This document shows positions 26,823 to 35,283 of a stretch of 51,111 nucleotides of DNA, in pieces. Made by a program: the position numbers and the translations under genes. The stretch is from contig CAZVAZ010000002.1 of the NCBI GenBank assembly GCA_964625235.1, positions 7,378 through 58,488 on the forward strand, in the 5' to 3' direction. The notes beneath the pieces were generated by a model, which did not search any database, had not been told where the DNA came from, and saw only the letters and a list, made by a program, of their open reading frames with translations. The stretch comes from an uncultured Hyphomicrobiales bacterium (GTDB taxonomy: Bacteria; Pseudomonadota; Alphaproteobacteria; Rhizobiales; JAJFHR01). Each line of letters opens with the position of its first letter. The first letter of the stretch is position 1.

Positions 26823-28003
26823 GAGCTTTTCACCGACCAGTTGGATGCAAGTGTAAGCCCCTGTCCCGGCGTACCAGAAACTTCGATCGGCAACCCCGTG
26901 CCGCTGAGCCAGCCAAAACCGTCAAGTACGATAAACTGCCGGGGAAATTCGGGGTTGGGTATGGTCATTTGCAGACTGATCTGATAGCTGCCCGGTTCCA
27001 GCGGCAAATGGGGAACCGCAATTTTCAGTTCGTAGCGTCCAGGGGCCTCGCCGACAGTCGTCATTTCACGTGACATTAATGCGGTTTCCCAGCCAAATCC
27101 CGGTTGCAGCCGCTCAATAACCATCCCCACCCCGATCTTCGCTGCTGTTTCTATCTCAACTTCAGTTGTTAAAATGAAATCTTCACCAGGTCGGGGCTTT
27201 GCGGGGAACTGCGGGGCACTGACAAAATGCGCAACTCCTTTATGGTGATCTTCCCTAGCGCTTTCACCATAAAGATAGTGGCGCGCCGCTTTTTCGGCCG
27301 GTCCGGAAAAAACCACTTTGCCTTTGTCGAGGATGTGTGCGGTCTCGCACAGTTTGACAACGGCAGCCCAATCATGAGTAACCAGGATGCCGGAAGCCCC
27401 GCCTGACACTCGGTCGCGCAACCGCCGCCAACATTTGGACTGGAAGTGCTGATCGCCAACCGACAGGATTTCATCAAGCAGATAAACATCATAATGACCT
27501 GCGGTTGCTGTGGAGAAAAACAACCGCGCACCCATGCCGGCCGAATAGGTAAGGACGGGATCGTCAAAACGATCTCCCAGCTCGGAGAAGTCATGAATGT
27601 CTGCGATCATGTCTATCTGCTGGTTTGTACTGAACCCATGCACCGTCAAGAGCCGCAGTGCATACTGACGCCCGGTAAGCTCCGGGTGCCCGACTAGGCC
27701 AAGCTCGTAAAGGCCGGAAAGAGCACCGTATACTTTCGCTCGACCCTGATCGCAGTCATAAACACCGCCGATAACCCGCAATAGTGTGGATTTTCCGGCA
27801 CCGTTGCGCCCCAAAATACCGACGAACTGCCCTTTTGGCACGTCGAAAGAAACGTCCGTGAGCGCATCGAAAACCGGTAAACCGGCACCCCCTGCAAACA
27901 TCAGGCGCCATGCGTTGCCCGCATCCACCAAAGCAAAGCTCTTTGAAACCCCCTGGCATGTAACTGCAATCATGGAGAGGGACGAGTTTTTGAGGATTTT
28001 CAT
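26819..28003 (-). CDS. Second polysaccharide export ABC ATPase (Wzt-like) with a different C-terminal extension
   Basis: Walker A GRNGAGKST, signature YSAGMGARLFFS, Walker B VYLLDEILSVGD and H-loop LVTHD are present. The C-terminal domain of about 150 aa is unrelated in sequence to that of the neighbouring Wzt. Confidence 0.8.
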   Translation of the reverse strand: MKILKNSSLSMIAVTCQGVSKSFALVDAGNAWRLMFAGGAGLPVFDALTDVSFDVPKGQFVGILGRNGAGKSTLLRVIGGVYDCDQGRAKVYGALSGLYELGLVGHPELTGRQYALRLLTVHGFSTNQQIDMIADIHDFSELGDRFDDPVLTYSAGMGARLFFSTATAGHYDVYLLDEILSVGDQHFQSKCWRRLRDRVSGGASGILVTHDWAAVVKLCETAHILDKGKVVFSGPAEKAARHYLYGESAREDHHKGVAHFVSAPQFPAKPRPGEDFILTTEVEIETAAKIGVGMVIERLQPGFGWETALMSREMTTVGEAPGRYELKIAVPHLPLEPGSYQISLQMTIPNPEFPRQFIVLDGFGWLSGTGLPIEVSGTPGQGLTLASNWSVKSS

Positions 28004-28024
28004 TAGACTAGAGAATGTGAGTGA

Positions 28025-29200
28025 TCATTGAGCGGTATCAACATCCGGTATATGAAAACGCGGTGCACCGGCCTCGTTTTCGTGCCTGTCTTTCCAGACA
28101 TCCGGCCACAGCGACCAGATGCTGCATGTTTTACAGCAGTCATAATTATCCCACTCGCCACGCAGATGGGCCTGTCGCATGTCAGTCAAACGTTGCCAGG
28201 CCTCTGTCCAGCTCATTTCCCTGGCATCGCCAATATACGGCACATTGTGCAATTCCTCTTCCTGCAAGGAATCCGGAACTGCGGCAACGCACGGGGCATA
28301 AAGGCCATTGTGCTGTAATTTGAAATGCATGAAAATAGAGTTGCACGGCACCCGCCGTTCAGGAATCTGTTCCTTCGGCACATGGAAGCCTGCCGAGGCC
28401 AGATTTTTTTCCAGTCCCCAGGTTTCGCCGCCCCAGTTGCCAACCGGGCGCCAGATAACCTGATCCACCCGGTCTTTCCAATAGGCTTCGAATTTTTTAA
28501 AAGCTTCCCGAAATTCCTCAAAACCCATGATATGAGTCGAAATTCGCATAGGGGAATTTGCCTTATTTCGCATCTCCACAATACGTTCCAGATTTGACCA
28601 GACTCGGTCGAAATGATCCACCTGCATCAAACGCTGATATGATTCACGCTCCGGGGCGTCGAAACTGTATTGATATTGATCAAGACCGGCATCAATCAGC
28701 CCCTGAATGACTTTCTCCCGCATGAGAGAGCCATTGCTGGCCAGCACGACCTGTAATTTCGGTCGGGTGGATTTTATAATCCGGGTGGCTTCAAGAAGAT
28801 TGGGCGCCGCAAGTGTTTCTGAATATGAGGAGATATTAATTAATACTCCCTCCTCAGGCATTTCACTTACAACCTTGCGCAGAAGGTCCAGATCGAGCCA
28901 GGCAGCTTTGCTTGGTTTGTGTATTGATTGCGGGCAAAACATACATGAGTGATTACACGGCGCAGCACCCAGATTGATAGAAAAATTGGTAGGCAAAGGG
29001 CCATTGGCAAAGATCGTACTGGCTGAGCTTCGCCGTGAGAGTTCTTTCTCGTGGTCTTGCCGATCGGGGCTGCCCTCGCCATGATTGTTTTCCCGCAACC
29101 AGACTCTCGAGATCGCCCTTTTCGCAAGAGAGCCGTAATGCCTGAATTTACCATCTGAGCGTAACATTGGATGAATATCCTTCCTTGTGTTCAAAAACAC
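28025..29200 (-). CDS. Radical SAM enzyme with a Cys-rich (SPASM-like) C-terminal region
   Basis: The CxxxCxxC cluster CNHSCMFC is present. Additional C-terminal cysteines occur in VPCNSIFMH...APCVAA...CCKTCSIW. It is 391 aa and the start is uncertain (alternative MLRSDG). Confidence 0.8.
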   Translation of the reverse strand: MFLNTRKDIHPMLRSDGKFRHYGSLAKRAISRVWLRENNHGEGSPDRQDHEKELSRRSSASTIFANGPLPTNFSINLGAAPCNHSCMFCPQSIHKPSKAAWLDLDLLRKVVSEMPEEGVLINISSYSETLAAPNLLEATRIIKSTRPKLQVVLASNGSLMREKVIQGLIDAGLDQYQYSFDAPERESYQRLMQVDHFDRVWSNLERIVEMRNKANSPMRISTHIMGFEEFREAFKKFEAYWKDRVDQVIWRPVGNWGGETWGLEKNLASAGFHVPKEQIPERRVPCNSIFMHFKLQHNGLYAPCVAAVPDSLQEEELHNVPYIGDAREMSWTEAWQRLTDMRQAHLRGEWDNYDCCKTCSIWSLWPDVWKDRHENEAGAPRFHIPDVDTAQ

Positions 29201-29254
29201 TGCGAACCTGAATAGGTTTCCAATATTTCTGCATTATACCTGCTGAAAATCCGT

Positions 29255-30268
29255 TCATTTTTTTGTCGCTTCGACGACCCAGTGCGTATGCTGGCCGGGA
29301 TGTACCGGCCAAACGGAAACAAACGCACAAATCACCGCCGTAGCCCAGACAGCAGACTTCTTGAATATAGGTAACCTGAAGCCCAGTGTCTGTAGTTTGT
29401 CGGCAAAATAGACGGTCGGAATGACCACCGGGTAATTTATAAGATCGTACAGGAGGAGTTGCGACCGGGAAAAGATCGGCGTTATACGAATATTTTCAAA
29501 ACCCAAGCTTTCCAGAGCCTCATGCCATTGTTTGTCACTGTAATAATGATACTGCATACTGGATTTGTCCCGTTCAACAGCCGCCTGTTCAGCACGGTTT
29601 TTACTGCCGAAAAACCGCCAGAAGCGGGCAGCGGGAAGGGCATGGCGAAATTCGGGAGCTGTAGTAGAGAATAAGAGTTGCCCGCCAGAGCGTAAAACAC
29701 GATGAATTTCCCGCATAGCGCCATCGAGGTCCCAGACATGTTCCAAAACACATATGCTTATCACGCCATCGAAGGTACTGTCAGGAAGCTGCATATCGGC
29801 GGCATCGCTGATGGTGAAACCAACATACCCTGCTTCTTTGACCTGTTGATCGAATATCGGCAGCATATCCACACCATGCAAAGAGCCAATATTGGCCATA
29901 CGCTTGAGAGTTGATCCAATAATCCCGTTCCCGCAACCAATATCAAGGGTTTTCCCGGAGATGGGCTTTTTGGCCAGTTCCGCCAATTCAATCTTCTTGT
30001 GAAGTGCCATCGCAGGAACATTGTAATACATTTCAGCCAGACTGACATCAACATTATCGGGTTTTCCGCGACCTGTCAGCCGTATCAGCCCCGCAATTAT
30101 TACCATCAAACCCGTCGTCAGGACACCGAGCACGGTGGCAATTTGGCGAAAAGGGGCTTGTTGTGATCGGGCAATGGCTTTTTGTAATTTTTCATACCCT
30201 TTTTCACGATCAGGATCGATATCCCTTGGCTTGAAAACAGGCTGGCTCGGGTGATACATTATTCTCAA
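29255..30268 (-). CDS. Membrane-anchored class I SAM-dependent methyltransferase
   Basis: Motif I is TLDIGCGNGIIG, followed by GVISICVLEHVWD...LRSGGQLLF. There is an N-terminal TM segment (VLGVLTTGLMVIIAGLI) and a C-terminal hydrophobic tail. Confidence 0.8.
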   Translation of the reverse strand: MRIMYHPSQPVFKPRDIDPDREKGYEKLQKAIARSQQAPFRQIATVLGVLTTGLMVIIAGLIRLTGRGKPDNVDVSLAEMYYNVPAMALHKKIELAELAKKPISGKTLDIGCGNGIIGSTLKRMANIGSLHGVDMLPIFDQQVKEAGYVGFTISDAADMQLPDSTFDGVISICVLEHVWDLDGAMREIHRVLRSGGQLLFSTTAPEFRHALPAARFWRFFGSKNRAEQAAVERDKSSMQYHYYSDKQWHEALESLGFENIRITPIFSRSQLLLYDLINYPVVIPTVYFADKLQTLGFRLPIFKKSAVWATAVICAFVSVWPVHPGQHTHWVVEATKK

Positions 30269-30288
30269 CTCAATCTAAGTAAAACGTT

Positions 30289-31053
30289 TCAAAGTAGGCC
30301 TTTTTCATCGGATGGCCTGTCGGGGCGCCACAGCCGAATGCAAACTTTCTGACCATGAAGATAAAAATATGCCGGGTAATTCTCAGGGTCGGCCGCGCGA
30401 ATATCATTGACCAGTTCAATTAAAGGGCGGTTGGGGTCGATTTCAGAATGCTCCGGTTTTCGATCCGCGAATCGTTTACCGCTGAAACCTTGTTGCCTGG
30501 CACCGGTTGCGCCCTTTTCTGTAAACAATCTCAAAGCCTTGACCACAACCTGCGGCTCAAACTCTCTAGTCTTTTGCACCAGACTTGTTCCCGTTTCAAA
30601 CGGGGAAAGAGAAAAACTTTCTTGAAGAATGATCGGCCCTGTATCCACTCCCTGATCAATCATATGAACGGTCACACCACTTTGCTTTTCGCCGTTGGCA
30701 ATAACCCAGTTGAGAGAACGCGCACCGGGATAATCCGGCAGCAATGTGCCATGTACATTGAGACAGGGGCCAACATGGCGCAAAAAGGCAGCTGGAAAAA
30801 TAAATCCGAACCCTACCGACAGGCAGGCGGCATTTCGCAACTCCGCAGATGGTTCAGACAGGTTTTGCCGGCGCAAAACAGTAACTGGCAATCCCAGCTT
30901 TTCGGCCAGAATTACCGTAGGTTTTACTTTTGGCCATTTTTCCGGATCGGTGACATAGACAGCCGCAATTTTGATATCGTCATGAATCAACCGTTGCAGC
31001 ACGGCTTCACGGGGACCGCTTGAAAAATAATGCCATTGTTTTGTTGTTGTCAT
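30289..31053 (-). CDS. Formyltransferase-fold protein (third copy in the locus)
   Basis: The catalytic pattern LNVHGTLLPDYPGARS...MIDQGVDTGPII is present. It is 254 aa. Confidence 0.8.
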   Translation of the reverse strand: MTTTKQWHYFSSGPREAVLQRLIHDDIKIAAVYVTDPEKWPKVKPTVILAEKLGLPVTVLRRQNLSEPSAELRNAACLSVGFGFIFPAAFLRHVGPCLNVHGTLLPDYPGARSLNWVIANGEKQSGVTVHMIDQGVDTGPIILQESFSLSPFETGTSLVQKTREFEPQVVVKALRLFTEKGATGARQQGFSGKRFADRKPEHSEIDPNRPLIELVNDIRAADPENYPAYFYLHGQKVCIRLWRPDRPSDEKGLL

Positions 31054-31073
31054 GTTCTTGCATATAAAGCGCT

Positions 31074-32228
31074 CTATTGTACGCCTCGATCCGTCGTTAT
31101 CAGGGCAGAAAATGGCACCACGTAAAAATAAGGATAATCAGCAGTCAGACTTTCTGCACTTTGCTCAAGAATGCGTTTATCCTGTATGTATACATGATAG
31201 GCATAAGGCGCTTCAATAGCACCCCATTTTTTCTTGAAACGATAGACACCGGTTTGCGTCAACCAGGTTCCACCCCAGTTCCACAAGCGACGACCTTCTT
31301 TTTGAGCATCGCACATGGCTTGCAACAAAATGACAGACATGGGTTCCAAAGGTCGCGCTGATGACAGGGTTACCGGCATAATATAGTCAGCAAACTGCTT
31401 GAAAAAAAATACCAGCAGCGCGGCAATCGGCATGCCATTGTGCCGCGCTACATAAATCCGGTAGTCTTTATCCGGCCTTAGGACATCCCTCAAAGCATCG
31501 AAAAAAGCCACCGGTTTGCTTTTGCCATTAATAGCCACCATGTTTTCCAAGTGACACGTTTCCAAAAAACCAATGGCGTTGTTTTCGACCGAAACCTGCA
31601 CACCTTCTCGTTCAGCCTTGCGGATATTGCGCCTAGCGGAGCTGTGGATTTTTGAAAAGAGCGTACTAGCAAATGGCATGTCTGGAGTATCAGTATCAAG
31701 CAGTGTCCATTGGCCAATACGTTGATCCTGCAAGGCAGCCCCCGCCCAGCGATTTTTTTGCGCATGGACAATATTTGAAAGCTTGAACGAATTCGAAATT
31801 ACAGTGGCGGTAGCCACACCCGGCTCATCAAGTTTTGAGCGAAACCACGCCTCAAGAACCGGAACGGCGACTGGGTCGGTGGCGATAATGTCTCCATGAC
31901 TACCGAAAAAGGGTAAGGAATTAATAACCTGACCACAGGGTCCAGCACGAGTCATGGTTGGCAGTGCGCCAACTACCTGGCTGTTTCGCCAGGCCAGGGC
32001 GTAGTCAACTTGCGCCTCAACGCAGGCCATCAGCAAATCCTTGTACGGCAAACCATGATATAAGGTAGCCGCCGGGCATGTGTCCAAAAATGCCTGGTAA
32101 GCATTATGATCGGCAGCCGTTTCAAGACAACGGACGTGTACGGCCTCGCTGTTCGTCGACAATGGGTCACTTTTTTGTTGCCTGTTGTTCACTGTACTGT
32201 TTCCCCACCAAGAAACACCCGGCACCAC
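31074..32228 (-). CDS. FemAB-like / GNAT-fold (aminoacyl)transferase of the EPS-locus-associated type
   Basis: The C-terminal WNWGGTWLTQTGVYRFKKKWGA is typical of FemAB-family proteins in exopolysaccharide loci. The ORF overlaps the upstream asnB-like stop by 40 nt, so the true start may be internal (for example GTG at 32192). Confidence 0.55.
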   Translation of the reverse strand: MVPGVSWWGNSTVNNRQQKSDPLSTNSEAVHVRCLETAADHNAYQAFLDTCPAATLYHGLPYKDLLMACVEAQVDYALAWRNSQVVGALPTMTRAGPCGQVINSLPFFGSHGDIIATDPVAVPVLEAWFRSKLDEPGVATATVISNSFKLSNIVHAQKNRWAGAALQDQRIGQWTLLDTDTPDMPFASTLFSKIHSSARRNIRKAEREGVQVSVENNAIGFLETCHLENMVAINGKSKPVAFFDALRDVLRPDKDYRIYVARHNGMPIAALLVFFFKQFADYIMPVTLSSARPLEPMSVILLQAMCDAQKEGRRLWNWGGTWLTQTGVYRFKKKWGAIEAPYAYHVYIQDKRILEQSAESLTADYPYFYVVPFSALITTDRGVQ

Positions 32229-34066
32229 TGCTCGAAGCTCAGGAATGACCAGATCAGCAGTCTGTGGTTGGCTTTTTTTGACATATGTTCTTCGACAATT
32301 TTGCGGATGAAGTCGGGGTTAAGATAATCCGCTGAAGCGAGGTCTTTTGACAGCAGGGTTTCGCGTACATACTCCGCATTCTCACCACGATACCACGAAG
32401 CTTCAGGCGATGAAAACCCCTGTTTGCGGCGTTGCATGACCTCGCGCGGAACCAGATGCGCCATGGCCTGGCGCAGACAGGACTTACCGCCTGAAAAGGA
32501 TTCTTGAGCAATCAGTTTCTTTTTGACTTCATCTTCGTCAATATTGAGCATATGTTTGAGATCAGCCAGCTTGTGCTCGACTGGCAGGCGCATGGCGAAA
32601 TCAACCAGCGCATTATCAAGAAACGGAAAGCGCTCTTCGAGACCGCTGGCCATCGCCAGCTTGTCGCCAACAAGGAGAAGACCAGATAGGAAGGTGCGGC
32701 ATTCAAAATAAAGCGATGCTGAAATTTGCTCTTCCGGCGTTTGATAACCAATGTTACCGGCATTGGCAAACACACCGGCGAACACATTGAACATCTCATC
32801 TTTGTTTTCAGTACCGGAATGAAACAGCTCATCGCGGTCTTTTGCTGTGGTCAGCCGCTGCCAGAAACCGTAGTAGTTTTCCAGAAAGTTGCGCTTGTCG
32901 AGTGAGCGAAAAATACGGTAGTAGCGCCATGGATAGCCACCGAACAATTCATCGCCGCCCGCTCCTGACAGACAAACCTTGACGAATTTCGAGGCGAGAC
33001 GAGCGATATAGTAATTGGGGTAGCTCATGCCAAGCCGTAAATCCTCAAGCTGCCAGATCACCCGTGGCAGCGACCAGCGGATGTCTCCAGCATTCATCAC
33101 CTGCTCATAATGCTCAGTCTTGTAGGTGTAGGCCATCAACTCGGCGGCGCGGCGTTCGTCAAATGAGGCTTCGATGCCGTCTACTCGCGACATTTCAAAG
33201 CCCGCCGTAAAGGTTTGCATGCGTGGCACGTGATTGGCTGCCAGTGCGACGATTGAGCCTGAATCCATACCGCCGGAAAGATAGGCACCAACAGGAACAT
33301 CCGAGACCAGTTGCCGTTCCACTGCCTCTCCCATCAGTCGTTCCAAAGTAGCGACGCTTTCCCTGGCATCGACTGGTTCGGTCTGTGAAAAGTCATAATC
33401 CCAATAGGTCTCGAGCCGCTCGCCTTGCGCATCGATGACAAGTATTGATGCCGGTGGAAGGTGTTCAACGTCGCTAAACAGCGTGTGGTGGCGAAACAGG
33501 TTTTGAAAGGTAAAATATTCGCGAAGAGCTGCATCATTGACCTGGACAGTGAAATCAGGATGTTTCATGAACGCCTTGATTTCGGAAGCAAAGGCCAGAC
33601 CATTTCGCCTCCGCCACAAGTAAAGCGGCTTGACGCCATAGCGGTCACGCACTAAAAACAGCCGCTTTTCATCAGCGTCCCACAACGCAAACGCTGCCAT
33701 GCCGTCCAATCGGCCGGCAAGTTTCTGAATGCCCCAGATCGCATAACCGGCGATCAGGACTTCAGTGTCGGAACGGCTTTTGAAGGTCCAGCCTGCCTTT
33801 TCCAACTCCAGCCGTAATTCCCGGAAATTGTAAATCTCTCCGTTATAGACAACGACGATGCGCCCGTCCGGCGACTTCATCGGCTGGTGAGCTGCATCGG
33901 TCAGATCGATGATCGACAATCTCTGATGGCCCAGCCCCAGGGTGCCATCCACATAAACCCCTTTGTCATCAGGTCCACGATGAGCCAACGCATCGCGCAT
34001 GGCAATCAGCACCTGTTCGTCGACGGGTGCGCCATCAAAATTGAAAATACCGACTATGCCGCACAT
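32189..34066 (-). CDS. Asparagine synthase-like glutamine-dependent amidotransferase
   Basis: The N-terminal MCGIVG provides the Cys2 nucleophile. The PP-loop is YLSGGMDSGSIV. It is 625 aa. Confidence 0.9.
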   Translation of the reverse strand: MCGIVGIFNFDGAPVDEQVLIAMRDALAHRGPDDKGVYVDGTLGLGHQRLSIIDLTDAAHQPMKSPDGRIVVVYNGEIYNFRELRLELEKAGWTFKSRSDTEVLIAGYAIWGIQKLAGRLDGMAAFALWDADEKRLFLVRDRYGVKPLYLWRRRNGLAFASEIKAFMKHPDFTVQVNDAALREYFTFQNLFRHHTLFSDVEHLPPASILVIDAQGERLETYWDYDFSQTEPVDARESVATLERLMGEAVERQLVSDVPVGAYLSGGMDSGSIVALAANHVPRMQTFTAGFEMSRVDGIEASFDERRAAELMAYTYKTEHYEQVMNAGDIRWSLPRVIWQLEDLRLGMSYPNYYIARLASKFVKVCLSGAGGDELFGGYPWRYYRIFRSLDKRNFLENYYGFWQRLTTAKDRDELFHSGTENKDEMFNVFAGVFANAGNIGYQTPEEQISASLYFECRTFLSGLLLVGDKLAMASGLEERFPFLDNALVDFAMRLPVEHKLADLKHMLNIDEDEVKKKLIAQESFSGGKSCLRQAMAHLVPREVMQRRKQGFSSPEASWYRGENAEYVRETLLSKDLASADYLNPDFIRKIVEEHMSKKANHRLLIWSFLSFEQWCRVFLGGETVQ

Positions 34067-34110
34067 CGACTATGCCTCAATCTGCAATGAAAAAATGTCC
34101 ACCGGGATAT

Positions 34111-35262
34111 TCAACGAAGCTTCTCCAGAGCGGTAACAACACGATCCACATCTTCAGCCCCCATGTGGTTATGCAGGGGCAGTGCGATGCTTTGGGCCTC
34201 GACCCGCGTTGCCACCGGATAATCAGCAGGATTGGTTGCAAATGTTTCGCGGTAGATTTTCAATCCGACAACTGAATGAGTACCCGGACGCCCGGCGATG
34301 CCACTGTCCTGGAGGTGTTGAAGAATATCATTGCGGCGGGGAACACCGGCGACATCATCAACCATCACAACATAGGCCTGTAATGCGTGGTCATAGTTTT
34401 GGGGCCTGAGCGGTGGTGTAATCCAGTTTAAGTTCTTCAGGCGCTCGTCATATAAGTCCGCAAGCTCCTGGCGCTCAGCAATAAAGCGGTCAAGTTTCTG
34501 AAGCTGGATGGTGGCGACCGCCGCCTGAATATCCGTCATGCGATAATTGAAGCCAAAGACCGTAAAATCCGGCAACTCATAGGGTTTGGGACCACGATGG
34601 CGCACCTCTTCAGAAATGCTGGCACCGTGATTGCGATACATATCCAATTTGGCCGCTAACCCGTCATCATCAGTGGTTACAACACCGCCTTCGCCACAAG
34701 TTATGGATTTGCGCGGATGCAGGGAAAAACAGCCAATATGGCCGAGTGAGCCCGCCGGTCTGCCCTTGTAGGCCGCCCCGGCAGCACAGGCTGCATCCTC
34801 TATTACAACAACATGATCTGGCAAAACCGCCGCCAAAGCATCCATGTCGGCTGCCAACCCGAAAAGATGCACCGGGATGATTGCCCTGGTGCGGGGCGTT
34901 ACAGCGCGCTCGACAGCTTCTGGATCAAGGTTGTAGGTGTCGGTGCAAATATCGACAAAGACCGGTATCGCACCACATTGAACAACCACATTAGCGGTGG
35001 CCACCCAGGTGAATGCGGGCACTATTACTTCGTCGCCTTTTCCAACCCCGGCGGCAACAAGGGCCAGGTGCAGAGCCGTTGTGCATGAAGTCGTCGCCAG
35101 TGCGTGGCGCACGTTGTGGCGCCTGGCAAATCCAGCTTCGAATTTACCCACCCACGGTCCTTGCGTCAGCCAGCCGGATTCAAGCACCGAACGGACGGCT
35201 TCAACTTCTTCTTCGCCCAGACAAGGCTTGGCAATCGACAGGAAGGCTTGCTGTTTGGTCAT
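34111..35262 (-). CDS. DegT/DnrJ/EryC1/StrS-family sugar aminotransferase
   Basis: Family motifs include LESGWLTQGPWV, DEVIVPAFTWVATAN and the PLP-lysine region CFSLHPRKSITCGEGG. The ATG at 35262 follows GGTGAG. The ORF track's TTG start is at 35283. Confidence 0.9.
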   Translation of the reverse strand: MTKQQAFLSIAKPCLGEEEVEAVRSVLESGWLTQGPWVGKFEAGFARRHNVRHALATTSCTTALHLALVAAGVGKGDEVIVPAFTWVATANVVVQCGAIPVFVDICTDTYNLDPEAVERAVTPRTRAIIPVHLFGLAADMDALAAVLPDHVVVIEDAACAAGAAYKGRPAGSLGHIGCFSLHPRKSITCGEGGVVTTDDDGLAAKLDMYRNHGASISEEVRHRGPKPYELPDFTVFGFNYRMTDIQAAVATIQLQKLDRFIAERQELADLYDERLKNLNWITPPLRPQNYDHALQAYVVMVDDVAGVPRRNDILQHLQDSGIAGRPGTHSVVGLKIYRETFATNPADYPVATRVEAQSIALPLHNHMGAEDVDRVVTALEKLR

Positions 35263-35283
35263 AATAATCTCACCAATTCTCAA

